Assembly: GCF_963921235.1 (NCBI RefSeq)
Contig: NC_086097.1
Location: 30,010,001-30,074,000, forward strand
Direction of reading: 5' to 3'
DNA length: 64,000 bases
Source: Mobula hypostoma
Lineage: Eukaryota
In this document: piece after piece, positions 51,711 through 64,000 of the stretch
Layout of the letters: each line of letters opens with the position of its first letter
Numbering within the stretch: the first letter of the stretch is position 1
Translations under genes and position numbers: made by a program
The notes under the pieces: generated by a model
Told to the model about the DNA's origin: nothing
What the model saw: only the letters and a program-made list of their open reading frames with translations
The model's database searches: none

Positions 51711-51962
51711 TTGTCAAGAGCAGAAGTGTGAGGTACAGTGAGTTCATTGGTCTGTCTGCAGTTATTAATAGCCCTTTGTCACCAGGGTTCCCAGATGAAA
51801 ATGGTCAGCATCAATCTCAAACTGGCCAAACTTCTGCAATCTCTCTCGGTGAGAAGTGAGTGACACAGACAAATATCACAGGTGCAGTTGGCTGAGAGAA
51901 CAACACCTCCAAGTTAATCCAGAACCACTCCAAAACCCAATTTTTCACCCCGTTTCAAAAAT

Positions 51963-51968
51963 TTTATT
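51963..51968 (-). terminator. Candidate polyadenylation signal (AATAAA) of the C14orf132 transcript
   Basis: Minus-strand AATAAA in non-repeat AU-rich sequence, followed by a G/U-rich tract (ttgggttttggagtggttctgg). Assignment to this gene is inference. Confidence 0.35.
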
Positions 51969-53659
51969 GTAAAAAAAAACTACAGCATTTGAACACGTAC
52001 AGGAAGAAAATAGAGCAGTGAAAATTATCAAATAGCCACATTATACAAATACATCAAAACCAGGAGATATCAGTATAGAACAGTAATTGTAGAGCCACTC
52101 TACATTAAAGTTAATTGGTCCTTTAAATGGAATTTTACCACTAAATTATAATAGTCTGTACAGGGGCTGATATTAATAAATTCAATACAAAACCTCTCTC
52201 AAAACAACTACAGACCTTCACCAATCTCACTTTCTAACTATGCCCTCCCCCAACTAATCTCTGGGGTATTTTACGCCTTCTTCTACCACCTTCGTAACTT
52301 TGCACTTTCCACAGTTTCAACAAACTACATACACAAGAGAAACAGAACATCCCAGAAACCAGTCGCTGAGCCTTCCAGTTAATAACCCTAATCAGGGGTT
52401 GTTATGAGGGGGAGTCTTCAGTCCCACGTGCTTAACCTGACGGGTCCCCCTCCATACCTCAGATGACCAAAATTCAATGCAAGTGAGCAAAGGTAGGATG
52501 CTGCCCCTCCACCTCCATCCCCGTAGCATCTCATTGATGCATCAGAAGAAGTTGACCCCTCGTGTCAGCTGTCAATTAGATGATGGCCAATCCCAAATCC
52601 TCAATATAAACACAGAGATGCTGGAAATCCGGAATAACACATATAAAATGTTGAAGAAACAACATTCAGGTCAGGCAATATCTATAGAGAGGAATGAATG
52701 GTCAATGTTTGGAGCCAAGACCATTCTCATTCATTTTCCCCATGCACTCACATTGACAGCTAGGAATCTATCAATGAGTCACTGTGACTGGACTTCACAA
52801 CTCTGTAGGCAGAGAATTCCATAAATCCTCAACAGGCCGAAGATCCTGATGAAGGCTCTTGGTCCAAAACGTCGACTGTTTACTCTTTTTCATAGATGCT
52901 GCCTGGCCTGCTGAGACCCTCCTACATTTTGTGTGTAGTGCTTTGATTTCCAGCATCTGCAGATTTTCTCTTGTTTGTGGAACAAATATCTCATCTCCAC
53001 TATAAATGGGCAAGTCTCTTACCCTAAGACTGTGGCACCCAGTTCCAGGATCTTCATCCCAAGGAATCAGTCCATCAGTCCCTTCCCAAAGCCTTCAGCG
53101 CCTCACCTTTTGGTCCGCTCAATTCTTGGCCAGTGTGAAGGGCACCGAGTGATCAAAGGAATCATAAACACAAGAGATTCTGCAGATGCTGGATTTCTAC
53201 AGCAACACATACAAAATGCTGGAGGAACTCAGCAGATCAGGCAGCATCTGTAGAGGGAAATAAACAGTTGGCATTTCGGGCTGAGACCCTTCACCAGGAC
53301 CGCCATCTGAGTCTTGGCCCAAAACCTCTCCATAGATGCTGCCTGATCTGCTGAGTTCCTCCAACATATTTTGTGTGTTGACCAAAGGAAGATTGACTAT
53401 GCAGCAAATGTTAAACAGACTGGATATAAAGGATACAGTGAGTACTATGGTCTCTCTCCAGCAGACCTCATCATGATCATGACTCCAGTATTTCTACTAT
53501 TCTTTAATATTTCTTAATTGTATACATGATTTTTTTTATGTTCTATCGCTGAGCAGAAGTGAACCATCTGATTGGCCTATCAGAGTTCTCCTTGAGAACT
53601 AGTTGACTTGATCAGCATTTCTGACCTGGCTATTGTTCACGATTGCGCTTAATTAAAAA

Positions 53660-53825
53660 AAAAACCTCTCAGAGCCTTAGGGCACCCTAAAGGGCTTAAT
53701 AAAGCTTCTGAAGTAGTTACTGTTGTGGTGTAGCATATATGGAAATTGATCAGCAGATATCAAGATCCCACCACCAGTGAAGTGATCATTGCCAGATAAT
53801 CTATTTTACTGATGGTCATTAAGTG
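53660..53825 (-). mobile_element. Old DeuSINE (SacSINE1/AmnSINE-like) 3' fragment
   Basis: Minus strand ...agattatctggcaatgatcac...tgggatcttg...acaacagtaactacttca... resembles the Deu-domain SINE consensus as I recall it. Confidence 0.5.
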
Positions 53826-53894
53826 CTAAATACTAGCCACAGGAAAATGTAAGCACTGCTCTGTTTATCGGTGTAACAGGATGGAATAGGGGGC

Positions 53895-54605
53895 CCTCCA
53901 TTGGTCAGGGTCGACCACAGATATTGTGTTCCAGCTGTCTATGTGATATGCAAGACAGGTCAATACAATATGGAAGCAAGCTGTTGCCGTGCAGCAAGAT
54001 CCCCCTCTCCACACAGCTGATGAATCTAAAGGAACAGCAGAGACCAATACAGTTTGGCACCAGCAGATTGCTAGACTTTCCAATCAGCGTTGAACTCAAT
54101 GTAGGACTGCCTTAGGGACTCCAGCTCTGGATTTTTCCTCAGGGTTTACACCCAAGGCCTTCCCTATGAGGGGGTATGGCCACAAAGCAGTGAAGGTTTG
54201 AGATCAGAGCTTTCCTTCTCCTGAATAAGCTGTCATACACTACTAATGAGCCCATCTGCATGAAATGAGTGGTTTTAAGGTGCCAGTATCCGCCATTGCC
54301 ACTTTCCTTTCCGTAGAAACAGTTCCAGTGGTCTTCGTAGCTAAGCCACATGTGAAGACCAGGAGCAGACTTGGTATCAAAGGTTATTTGATTCACTTTG
54401 GGCAGACGTGGCTCATCAGCCGTGGTTGGCAACTCATGTAGGAGTCTGTGCCGTTCCTTTGGATTCATCAACTGCATGGGGGTGGGGGGTGCCTGCTGCA
54501 AGGACAACAGCTTGCTCTCCATATCATAATCATACTGTCCTGGCTTGCATATCAACTTCGACGGCTAGAATGCAACATCCACGGTTGATCCCAACAGAGG
54601 CCATC
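53895..54605. mobile_element. Inverted pair of RTE-related SINE-like segments (53895-54065 -, ~54440-54605 +) around an RTE-5'UTR-like core
   Basis: Both arms share ttcctttrgattcatcarctg...caacagcttgct..ccatat and resemble the body of the 8000-8314 SINE. Confidence 0.5.
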
Positions 54606-55010
54606 AGATAGGGTAAATGCAAACAGGATTTTCTTCTTCAGGTTGGGTGAGACTAGAACTAGAGGTCACAGATTTAGGTTGAAAGGTGGAATATTTAACG
54701 GGGAACTTCTTCACACAGAGGGTGGTGTGAGTGTAGAACGAGATGGCAGCGGAAGTGGTAGATTGTAACATTTAAGGTAAGTTTGAATAAGTACATGATA
54801 GGAAGGGCATGGAGGGGTATGGTTCAGGTGCAATCAGATAGGAGTAGGCAGACCAGGCTGGCACACAGATGGACTGAGGGGCCTGTTTCTGTTCTGTAGT
54901 GCTCTATGACTCTAATTAGATTTATTACAAGAAACCTTAACACATTTTTTCTTTGAATTGGGTTGGATATTAAACCTACCACTGTGCCTCTGTACCCCTA
55001 TACTAGGGAA

Positions 55011-55678
55011 TAGTACTGAGGGAATGCGTCACTGTCTCAGGGACTGAGGAGCAGCACTGAGTGAACACATCATTGTCGTAACACCTGATGGGCAGTGTTG
55101 AGGGAACACCATACTGTTTTGTGTCCTGAGGGATAGTAGAGGGAACACCTCACTGTCTTAAAGCCTGAGAGATAGTATTGAGAAAATGCCTCACTGTCTT
55201 AGGCCTGAAGGACAGTACTAAGGTAATACCTCACTTAGGCCTTGAGGGGCAGTGTTGAGGGAATGCCTCAGTCTGAGGGCAGAGGGATAGTACTGAGGGA
55301 ATACTGCAATGGCAGATCTGACTGATAGTACTCTGGAAATGCCTCACTATCTTAGGGTTGAGGGACAATACTGAGGGAATGCCTCACTGTCTTAGTGCCT
55401 GATAGCCAGTAGCAAGGGAACACCTACCTCACTGTCTTGGGCCTGAGGGAAAGAACTGAGACTTCACCTCGCTATCTTAAGTCCCGAGGGGCTATACTGA
55501 GGGAATGCCTCACTGCTGGATGAGTAGTACTGAGGGATTAACTCACTCTCTTAGGGCCTGAGGGGCAGTACTGAAGGAACACGTCGCTGCTGGGGTAACA
55601 GTACTGAGGGATCACCTGTCTTAGGGCCTGAGGGGCAATACTGAGGGAATTCTTCACTGCTGGGAGTACTGGGGAAGG
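55011..55678 (+). repeat. Degenerate minisatellite, ~17 units of ~33-44 bp
   Basis: Consensus cagtactgagggaatgcctcactgtcttagggcctgagggg. Units start at about 55011, 55052, 55093, 55134, 55173, 55213, 55250, 55288, 55326, 55366, 55407, 55451, 55492, 55525, 55566, 55599 and 55636. Confidence 0.9.
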
Positions 55679-57289
55679 GTGTCCATATCCCAGAACAGTA
55701 TTTCTAACAGCAATGTCCTGTGCCAATATCTAAACCATAACACATGCAAGTTACCGACACTGCCTTGGACTTTGCAGCCAGTGACTACACTGTGTTCGAT
55801 ACTGACCTCAGAAGAAGCAGCCCCAGTGATCCAGTAATTCCTGTAGCTTGAATCTTCCCTATGTCATATTCTGGTAGCTGTCAGGTGGCAGTTCCAAAGG
55901 TTCCCAATGCCTAGCAACCTGGCTGAACACTGAAGAATTCTCTCAAACAGCAAACCAAGAAGGTAAATACACTTTCCAACTAATATTTTACAGTGATAAA
56001 ATAAATATTGGTATACACACATAAGGTTACATTACATAATAAATTTCACAAACTTATTCTGAACGGTGTAATAATGATTAGTGTAATGCTATTACAATGC
56101 CAGCGACCTGGGTTCTATTCCTGCCACAGTCAGTATGGCGCTTGTACATTCTCCCCGTGGTAGTGTGGGTTTCCTCTGGGTGCTCCAGTTTCATAGAACA
56201 TAGAACAGTACAGCACAGCACGGTACAGGCCCTTCTGCCCATGATGTTGTGCCGATCTTTCCTTTCACATTCCAAAGAGGTGGGTTAGCAGGTGAATTGA
56301 ACACATGGTTGTAATTGTGCGGCATGGCTCGTTGGGCTGGAATGGCCTAATACTGTGCTGCATCTCTAAATCAATGCTAACATTTACCCACTGTCACTCC
56401 AGGCTTTTAGTAGATGTCAGTTATTGACAGGGCAGAGCAGTTGACCGCAAACCTCTTTGCTTTAAAGCACATCCTCTCCAAAGAGATCACAATGTGTCAA
56501 GTGAGAACGAGATGCAAGTAACCAACTCACTATCTCACACTCCTGTTTATCTTCTCGGTCAGCAGGAAGAATCAAATGGGTAGTGACAGCTTTCTTACAG
56601 CCAAACAAGGTAATGGATAGAGGCTGAAGTAATAGATACATGGTACCTCAGTCCTGAAGGTGGAGTATTGACTTAGATCTTCCACGCAGATCTCATGACG
56701 TCCGACTCAGAATGGGGACATTGCCCACTGACCGAAGAGCAACACTCTGAAAGCAGCCTTAATCACTATCCTATTCCCTTATGGATCAGGGTATTGTCTC
56801 AAACCAATATTATGTCTCCAGTCTCTGCCTACCATAGGACCCAGTAGATGAGTAGATTAGCTTCCTGCATCCTGAATTAATGATTCAGTGTCCAGTTCAA
56901 ATCCTGACACCACAGCACATCAGAATATTAAATGAAAATAATTAACTGGATTGCCAAATGCAAATGAAATTATGGTTTGAGCTGGCAGGAAGTGAGGATT
57001 GTAAAATAGACAGAACAAAAAAAAACCTTGTTTTCCACCAATATAATGATTGTTTCCACAATAAATCCCAGAGAACTGATTACACCCTGTTTCTCAGGAG
57101 CCAGTGAAGATTTAAAGATAACAAATCTCAGGAAAGCTGATCATACTCTGTTTCTTTGGAGCCAGTGAAGTCAGTCAGGCATCAGTAATGAAAATCACTC
57201 AGTTTTAATGAGCCAGCTCAGATTTCAGCCACCTGAGGAACAGCATTCAATGAACAAGTCCTCAAACCTGGCATGAAGCTCTACCAGGC

Positions 57290-57880
57290 ACCACTGACCC
57301 CTAGCCTCTCTGTGTAGCACAGTACAAACAGGTCAGAACACTGGAGGGGTACCACCAATAGAAGGAATCCTCCACACCCATTGGTAAAATAAGCGAGCTG
57401 ATTTCAAAATCTTCTCCCAAGCCGTTTCCAGTGCTGAAGCTCCTGTTAGTCAGCCAGCTCCCACCCACACACCACGTTAACCTGACTCCTAAAACAAGCA
57501 CTCCTGAATCCCACATTGTCAAAGAGTCTTCAGGGAGGATGACAAAAATCCTTCAAGGATATTCTCAAAGCTTCTTGAAAAAAGGTATAACACTTTCACT
57601 GACTTATGTGAATTCCTGGCCTAAAATCATTCCAACTGGAGAAAGAACATCCAGGAAGGCACAGAGGACCTTCAGTCTCTAAAGTGGAAGTGCAAGGAGG
57701 CGAAGCAAAAAACAGTACCTCCTAAACAGCCCACCTCATCAAGCATACCTGCTCCATCAGCAGCAGATCTGTGGATTTTTCTGCACACCTTACAGCTCTG
57801 TTCCCCTCAGAACCTATAAAACTGGAATGGAGACGAGTTGTCTACAACCCTGAGAGACTCCCCAAGAAGATGGGTATTAG
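57290..57880 (+). mobile_element. Highly decayed RTE-clade LINE 3' end
   Basis: Residual ...SFKDILKASLKK-like and PKQ motifs (ttcaaggatattctcaaagcttcttgaaaaaa). Confidence 0.5.
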
Positions 57881-59256
57881 TTTTCATTAATTTCTGTGGC
57901 CAGTTGTAACCAAGCTCCTGATTCGTATTTGCCCAACTTGTGCATTTGCTCAAGATCCACTTCCACGCCATTTTGTCCTATTGGGTTGTTTAATCACTGA
58001 ATTAATTGTTAAACTGCATCAGTATATTTGTACTTACAGCAATGATGGAGTGATTCCACACAGGACCGTAGTTGGAGCTTCATATTTGTTCCTACCGGCC
58101 ATTTGATTTATGAAATTCTGGCATCGAGATCCTCTCAATCTTTTGCAGATGTCTGAGAGGGGAATGGAGAGAACCCTAGTGGAAGAGTAACTTATTGCTC
58201 CTCCAGATGGCCAAATTCTGCTCCTTTGTCTTATGTAACTATGGTCCTCCAGCACCCCTGCTTCACCATCTCTTTGAACACAAGCCCAAACCTCAGACAC
58301 AAAGCCAAACAGCTTTTAGAAGCAAAGCAACTCCCACCCAATCTCACCAGTGTGAAAGTATACTTGCTGTTTACAAAGAGATTCAGGTACATAAATCTAA
58401 ACTCCCCAAAAGTTAGAAGCCCTTCCTCAACTCCTAAACTTTTTTTGGTACAGTATTTAAAACTTGACTTCGTTATATCTCATTGTCCACAGGCAGCCTA
58501 CAAATCACCCATGAGGTGGGATTGAAGACAGCCTCAATAAAAACCAAGTGGCACTTTGAATCTGATTTCCAACGTCCTTCTTTTCCCTGGGTAAGGTTGA
58601 TTTGTCGTTAATAAAAGCTATTGTATTTCAAAAGTAACCCTGTAGCAGAGTCTAATCGGTACTGTCGGAATGTGTTGAATATTTGAGAGATTAACACTGC
58701 ACTGTGAATTCCCTCAGAAGAGGGTCTCTCAATAGATGAACATGTTGTTCTTTATATAAGGGCTTCGTTGTTGAAAGATAGCAGACCACAGCTAATCCGA
58801 TAATCAACACCGGCTCCCTGGAGATGTGAAATTAAAGAGGCTGAGGTTTGTTGATTGTCGGGGGCTGGGACCAGGCACATGTGTATCACATGGCTGAGAT
58901 CACCATTAGAGCATGCAGGCTGAAGAAAGGGGCATGTTAGAAGCCGGCTGTGTTCCTCAAACCTGGAGGCAGGCTGGTGCGAGAACAGTTGCCCCAGGAT
59001 GAATTGTATCGGATTAATTGCACGAATGTGACAAGTGCGCGTTCAGCCGATAGATCAACTGGGCCCCCTATGTGTGGAAGGCTTTTGTGTGGGCTTTTGA
59101 GTGTGCACATTTTCGTCTTGTCGGGCCCAGTTCGTCGTTTCCACACAGTAAGTTGCCCAATGTGCACAGTGACTAACATGATTCAGTATAAATGCTTAAT
59201 CCTACTGCTCTGTTGTTCTTGCTCTGTGCACATGTAACACAGGTTGTCTGGTTAGC

Positions 59257-59520
<264 letters not shown>

Positions 59521-61889
59521 TCACAAGGTTTACACGAACCCTCATCTGCCGGTCAGTAGGACCTTGGCTGATAACCACTGCTACCCCCTTCACGAGTTTT
59601 TGCTTCATATCAACAATCTGCTGGAGAAATTCAGCTGCTCAAACAGCATCTGTGAAAGTGCAACAAAAGCGTTACTTATCCAGGCTATGCTCTCTTCAGC
59701 TGTTGCCATCAGGAAGGAGGTACAGGAGTCTTAGATCCCAAACTACCAGATTCAGGAACAGTTATTACCCTTCAACCATCAGGTTTCTGAACCAGTGTGG
59801 ATGATGTCACCCACCTCAATATTAAACTAATTGGATGATAAGAATTGATCTCAGATCTGCAGTCTCATGTCTCCATTTTGCCCCTTATCTTGATTCCCCC
59901 ATCCAATATGAACCAACAGATCATTATCACTGATCCCCTCCTTTGAGAAAAGGAGATCCAGATTTTCGTTTCCATTCCAGTGTAAAAGAGGTTCCTGATT
60001 TTGTCCTTAAGTGGTCTCTCCTCAGTATTAAAGATTTAGCCATGTTATGAATTCATTGGATGTAACTGATAGTTTTTAAGCCTCATAACTTCAATTAATT
60101 CACCCATCAACCATTGAGTATAGCAGTTAGGATGTTATGTTGCAGTTGTATGAATCACTGGTGAGGCCATGCTTGGAGTACAGCGTACTATTTTAGTCAT
60201 CCTTTTATAGGAAAGATGTAGTTAAACTGGAAAGAGTGCAGGAAAAATTTATGAAGATGTTATCAGGACTAGGGGGTCTGGGTTATAAGAAGAGGTTGGC
60301 CAGATTCAGATTTATTTATTACATGTTATCAAAACATACAGGGAAATGTTAACAACCAAAACAGTTGAGGATGTGCTAGGGGGAGCCTGCAAGTGTCAGC
60401 ACACATGCCAGAATCAACATAGCTCGGCAGAACAACACAGAATACAACAAAACAGCAACAGCAAAAACAAGCCTCCCACATTCCAAAGACATACGGGTTA
60501 GTAAGTTAATTATAGGTGTAATTTACTGGCACAAGCTTAGTAAATAGAGAAAATAATTGGAAGGATATATTTTACAATGGGATTTGACGTCAATATATTG
60601 GAAAACGGGATGACTATGGAAAAGCCACGGTACACTTCCAGGAATTCTTTAATACAACATTCAGAAATTCATTGAGTATAAAAGTAGTAAGTAATACTAT
60701 ATAAAACATTAGTCAGACCACAATTGAGAGAACTGTGTAAGCTCTGGTCATCACATTACAAGAAGCACATGGAGACTGTGGAGAGGGTGCACAAGAGGTT
60801 TAACAGGATGCTGCCTAGGTTAGAGGGTATAAGTTAAGAGGAAAGGTTGGACAAACATGGCTCAATTGGCCAAATTCTTCTATGTGTTATGGTCTTATGA
60901 ACAAGACAAAGAGGAAGTGTCTATTGATTGAAAAATAGCTAAGGTAAGTGTGGGACACTGGTGGATCTTAAGGGGGCATTAGAGGTTAGATGCTACTAAG
61001 TTTTCACTAGTGGGAGAGACGAACGAGAGGACATGGTTAGAAGATAATGGAGGGGCCATTTAAAACAGCCATGTGGGAATTTCTTCCTACAGAGTTTGTT
61101 AAATCTCTGGAATTCTTAGATCAGCAGGGTAAATCACTGGAGTTATTTAAGAGCAAGAAAGATTTTTGAGAGATGGGGAATCTGGTAGCGAAAAAAAAAT
61201 CAACTACGAGAGCAAGTCAGACATAAGAGATTCTGCAGATGCTGGTGATCTGGATCAACACGCACAAAATGCTGGAGGTACTCAGAAAGTCAGGCAGCAT
61301 CTTTGGAGCGGAATGAACAGTTTTTTTTTGGGCTGAAACTGCTCATTAGGACTGATGCTCCCTGACCTACTGAGTTAGTAGCTGAGTTATGGCTAATACA
61401 AGGGGGCATAACTTAAGGTTACTGGAGGAAAGTAAGAGAAGATGTCAGGGGTAAGATTTTTTTTGCACAGAGAGTGGTAGGAATGTGGAAAGCCCTGCCG
61501 GGGTGGTGGCAGAGCCATAGGCATTTTGGATAGTTAAGAAACTCTTAGATAGTCACATCGATGAAAGAAAAATGGAAGACTATGTAGAAGGGAAGGGTTA
61601 GATTGATCTTACAGTAGGTTAAAAGGTCAGCACAACATAGCAGGCCAAAGGGCCTGTACTGTGCTGCTATGTTATGTTCTGTGTTCTATCTGGATCAACA
61701 TGCACAAAATGCTGGAGGAGCTGAGCAGGTCTAGCAGTATCGAGGGAAATAATCAGTTGATATTTTGGACTGAAGTTCTTCATCAGGACTGATGTTGCCT
61801 GATCTGCTGAGTTCCTCCAGGATTTTGTGTGCATTACTGGATGAATGCAATGAATTAAGTTGCATCCTGTGGAGGCAAAGGGATAGTCT

Positions 61890-63020
61890 GCTCTGCCATT
61901 CCATCATGGCTGATTCCAGATCCCACTTAACCCAACAGACCTGCCATCTCGCCATATTCCTTGATACCCTGACCGATCAGAAAACTATCCACTTTTGCTT
62001 TAAATATACCCATGGTCTTGTTCTCCACCTTAGTTTGTGGCACAGCATTCCACAGATTCACTACTCTCTGGCTAAAAAAAATTCCTCCTCAACTCTGTTC
62101 TAAAAACTTACCCCTCAATTTTGAGGACATGCCCTCTAGTTTTGGATATCCCCACCATAGAAAACATCCTCTCCACATTCACCTTATCTAGTCCTTTCAA
62201 CATTTGGTAGGTTTCAATGAGATCCCCCTGAATTTTTCTAAATTCCAGTAAGTACAGGCACAAAGCTGCCAAACGTTCCATATATGTTAACCCCTTCATT
62301 CCCAGAATCATCCTTGTGAACCTCCTCTGGACTCTCTCCATTGAGAACACATCCTTTCTGAGATATGGGACCAAAACTGTTGACAATACTCCATGTGTGG
62401 CCTGACTACTGCCTTATAAAGGCTCAGCATTATCTCCATTTTTAGATTCTATTCCCCTTGAAATAAATGCCAACACTGCATTTCCCTTCTTTACCACAGA
62501 CTCAACCTGTAAATTAACCTTCTGGGAGTGTTGCACGAGGACTCCCAAGTCCCTCTGCACCTCTGATGTTTGAACCTTCTCCCCATTTAGATAATAGTCT
62601 GCACTATTGTTCCTTTTTCCAAAATGCATATCATACATTTCCCAGCACTGTATTCATCTGCCACATTTTTGTCCATTCTTCCATTTTGTCCATCCTGCTT
62701 CTATTGCATTGCTTCCTCAGCACTACCTACCCCTCCACCTATCTTTGTATCATCTGCAAACTTTGCCAAAAAGCCATCAATTCCATTATCAAAATCACAG
62801 ATAAACAATGTGCAATGTAGCGGTCTCAATACTGACCCAAGGAACACCATTAGTCACTGGCAGCCAACCAGAAAAGGCCCCCTTTATTCCCACTCGATGC
62901 CTCCTGGCTGTCAGCCATTCCTCTATCCATGCCAGTATCTTTTTTGTAACACCATAGGATTTTATCTTGTTAAGCAGCCTCATGAGTGACACCTTATCAA
63001 ATGTCTTCTGACAATCCAAA
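61890..63020 (-). mobile_element. CR1 RT/3' fragment (intronic; continues at ~63896-64000)
   Basis: DCQKTFDKV, HFGKRN...QRDLGVLV, RVQRRFTRMI. Confidence 0.82.
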
Positions 63021-63029
63021 AAAATATAT

Positions 63030-63895
63030 CAGAATCAGGTTTATTATCACCAGCATATGTCATGAAATTTGTTAACAGCCACAGCAGTCCAATGCAATAC
63101 ATAATAAAGAAGAAATAATAATAATAAGTAAATCAATTACAGTATACGCATATTGAATAGATTAAAGATCGTGCAAAATATATATTAAAAAGTGGGGTAG
63201 TGTTCACAGGTTCAATGTCCATTTAGGAATTGGATGGCAGAGGGGAAGAAGCTGTTCCTGAATCGCTGAGTGTGTGCCTTCAGGCTTCTGTGCCTCATAC
63301 CTGATGGTAACAGTGAGAAAAGGGCATGCCCTGGGTGCTGGAGGTCCTTAATACTGGACACTGCCTTTCTGAGTCACCACTCCTTGAAGATATCCTGGGT
63401 ACCTTGTAGGCTAGTACCCAAGATGGAGCTGACTAGATATACAACCTTCTGCAGCTTCTTTCGGTCCTGTGCAGTAGCCCCTCCATACCAGACAGTGATA
63501 CAACCTGTCAGAATGCTCTCCATGGTACAACTGTAGAAATTTTTGAGTATATTTGTTGACATGCCAAATCTCTTCAAACTCCTAATGAAGTATAGTCACT
63601 GTCTTGCCTTGTTTATAACCTAATGGATATGCTGGGACCAGGTTAGATCCTCAGAGATCTTGACACCCAGGGACTTGAAACTACTCACTCTCTCCAGTTC
63701 TGATCCCTCTGTGAGGATTGGTATGTGTTCCTTCATCTTCCCTTTCCTGAAGTCCACAATTAGCTCTTTCATCTTACTGACGTTGAGTACAAGGTTGTTT
63801 CTGCAATACCACTCCACTAGTTGGCATATCTCACTCTTGTACGTCCTCCTGTCTCTACCTGAGATTCTACCAACAGTGGTTGTATCATCAGCAAA
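63030..63895 (-). mobile_element. Rex1/Babar LINE RT C-terminal fragment inserted in CR1
   Basis: NNLVLNVSKMKELIVDFRK, FKSLGVKISEDLTWSQHI, FYSCTMESILTGCITVWYG. Confidence 0.85.
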
Positions 63896-64000
63896 TCCAC
63901 TGTCTCTCCTTTGTCCACCCTGCTAGTTACTTCCTCGAAGAACTTCCTCCGGGACCATGCCAGAATCAAGTGATTCGTGAAAGATCATGACCAATGCATC

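Noticed and set aside
53265..53302. Active hammerhead in sense orientation within the putative C14orf132 3' UTR
   Set aside because: Core is mutated (CUGGUGA, GAAAUGCC), with no NUH cleavage triplet. The intronic copies at ~61318 and ~61754 are also decayed.
55011..55678. CRISPR-like array
   Set aside because: Units are head-to-tail degenerate repeats without unique spacers, there are no cas genes, and the context is vertebrate.

Overview
Vertebrate genomic DNA, inferred from its repeat families to be a cartilaginous fish (probably a ray). It is not prokaryotic. Most of the window is transposable elements. The only host gene I recognise is the last coding exon of the small transmembrane protein C14orf132 (minus strand, 59257-59481), possibly with a ~7 kb 3' UTR. 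The first ~25 kb is a deeply nested stack. A decayed Gypsy LTR element carries an inverted copy of its own gag and is split by a near full-length Nimb/I-clade LINE (itself hosting an RLE-type/HERO-like LINE end and a Penelope pLTR) and by an L1-type fragment (hosting a tRNA-SINE). A long CR1 then hosts a solo LTR, which hosts a 5.8 kb Neptune-type Penelope array. The strongest RNA-level signals are intact minimal type I hammerhead ribozyme motifs in Penelope pLTRs (with about a dozen decayed dispersed copies), and a hammerhead-like motif with non-circularly permuted strands in the 3' UTR of the RLE-type LINE. The rest is CR1, Rex1, RTE, V-SINE and DeuSINE-like fragments, a 6-bp-TSD hAT derivative and a ~40-bp minisatellite. 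Family names come from motif recognition, not database searches. Coordinates of old fragments are approximate.
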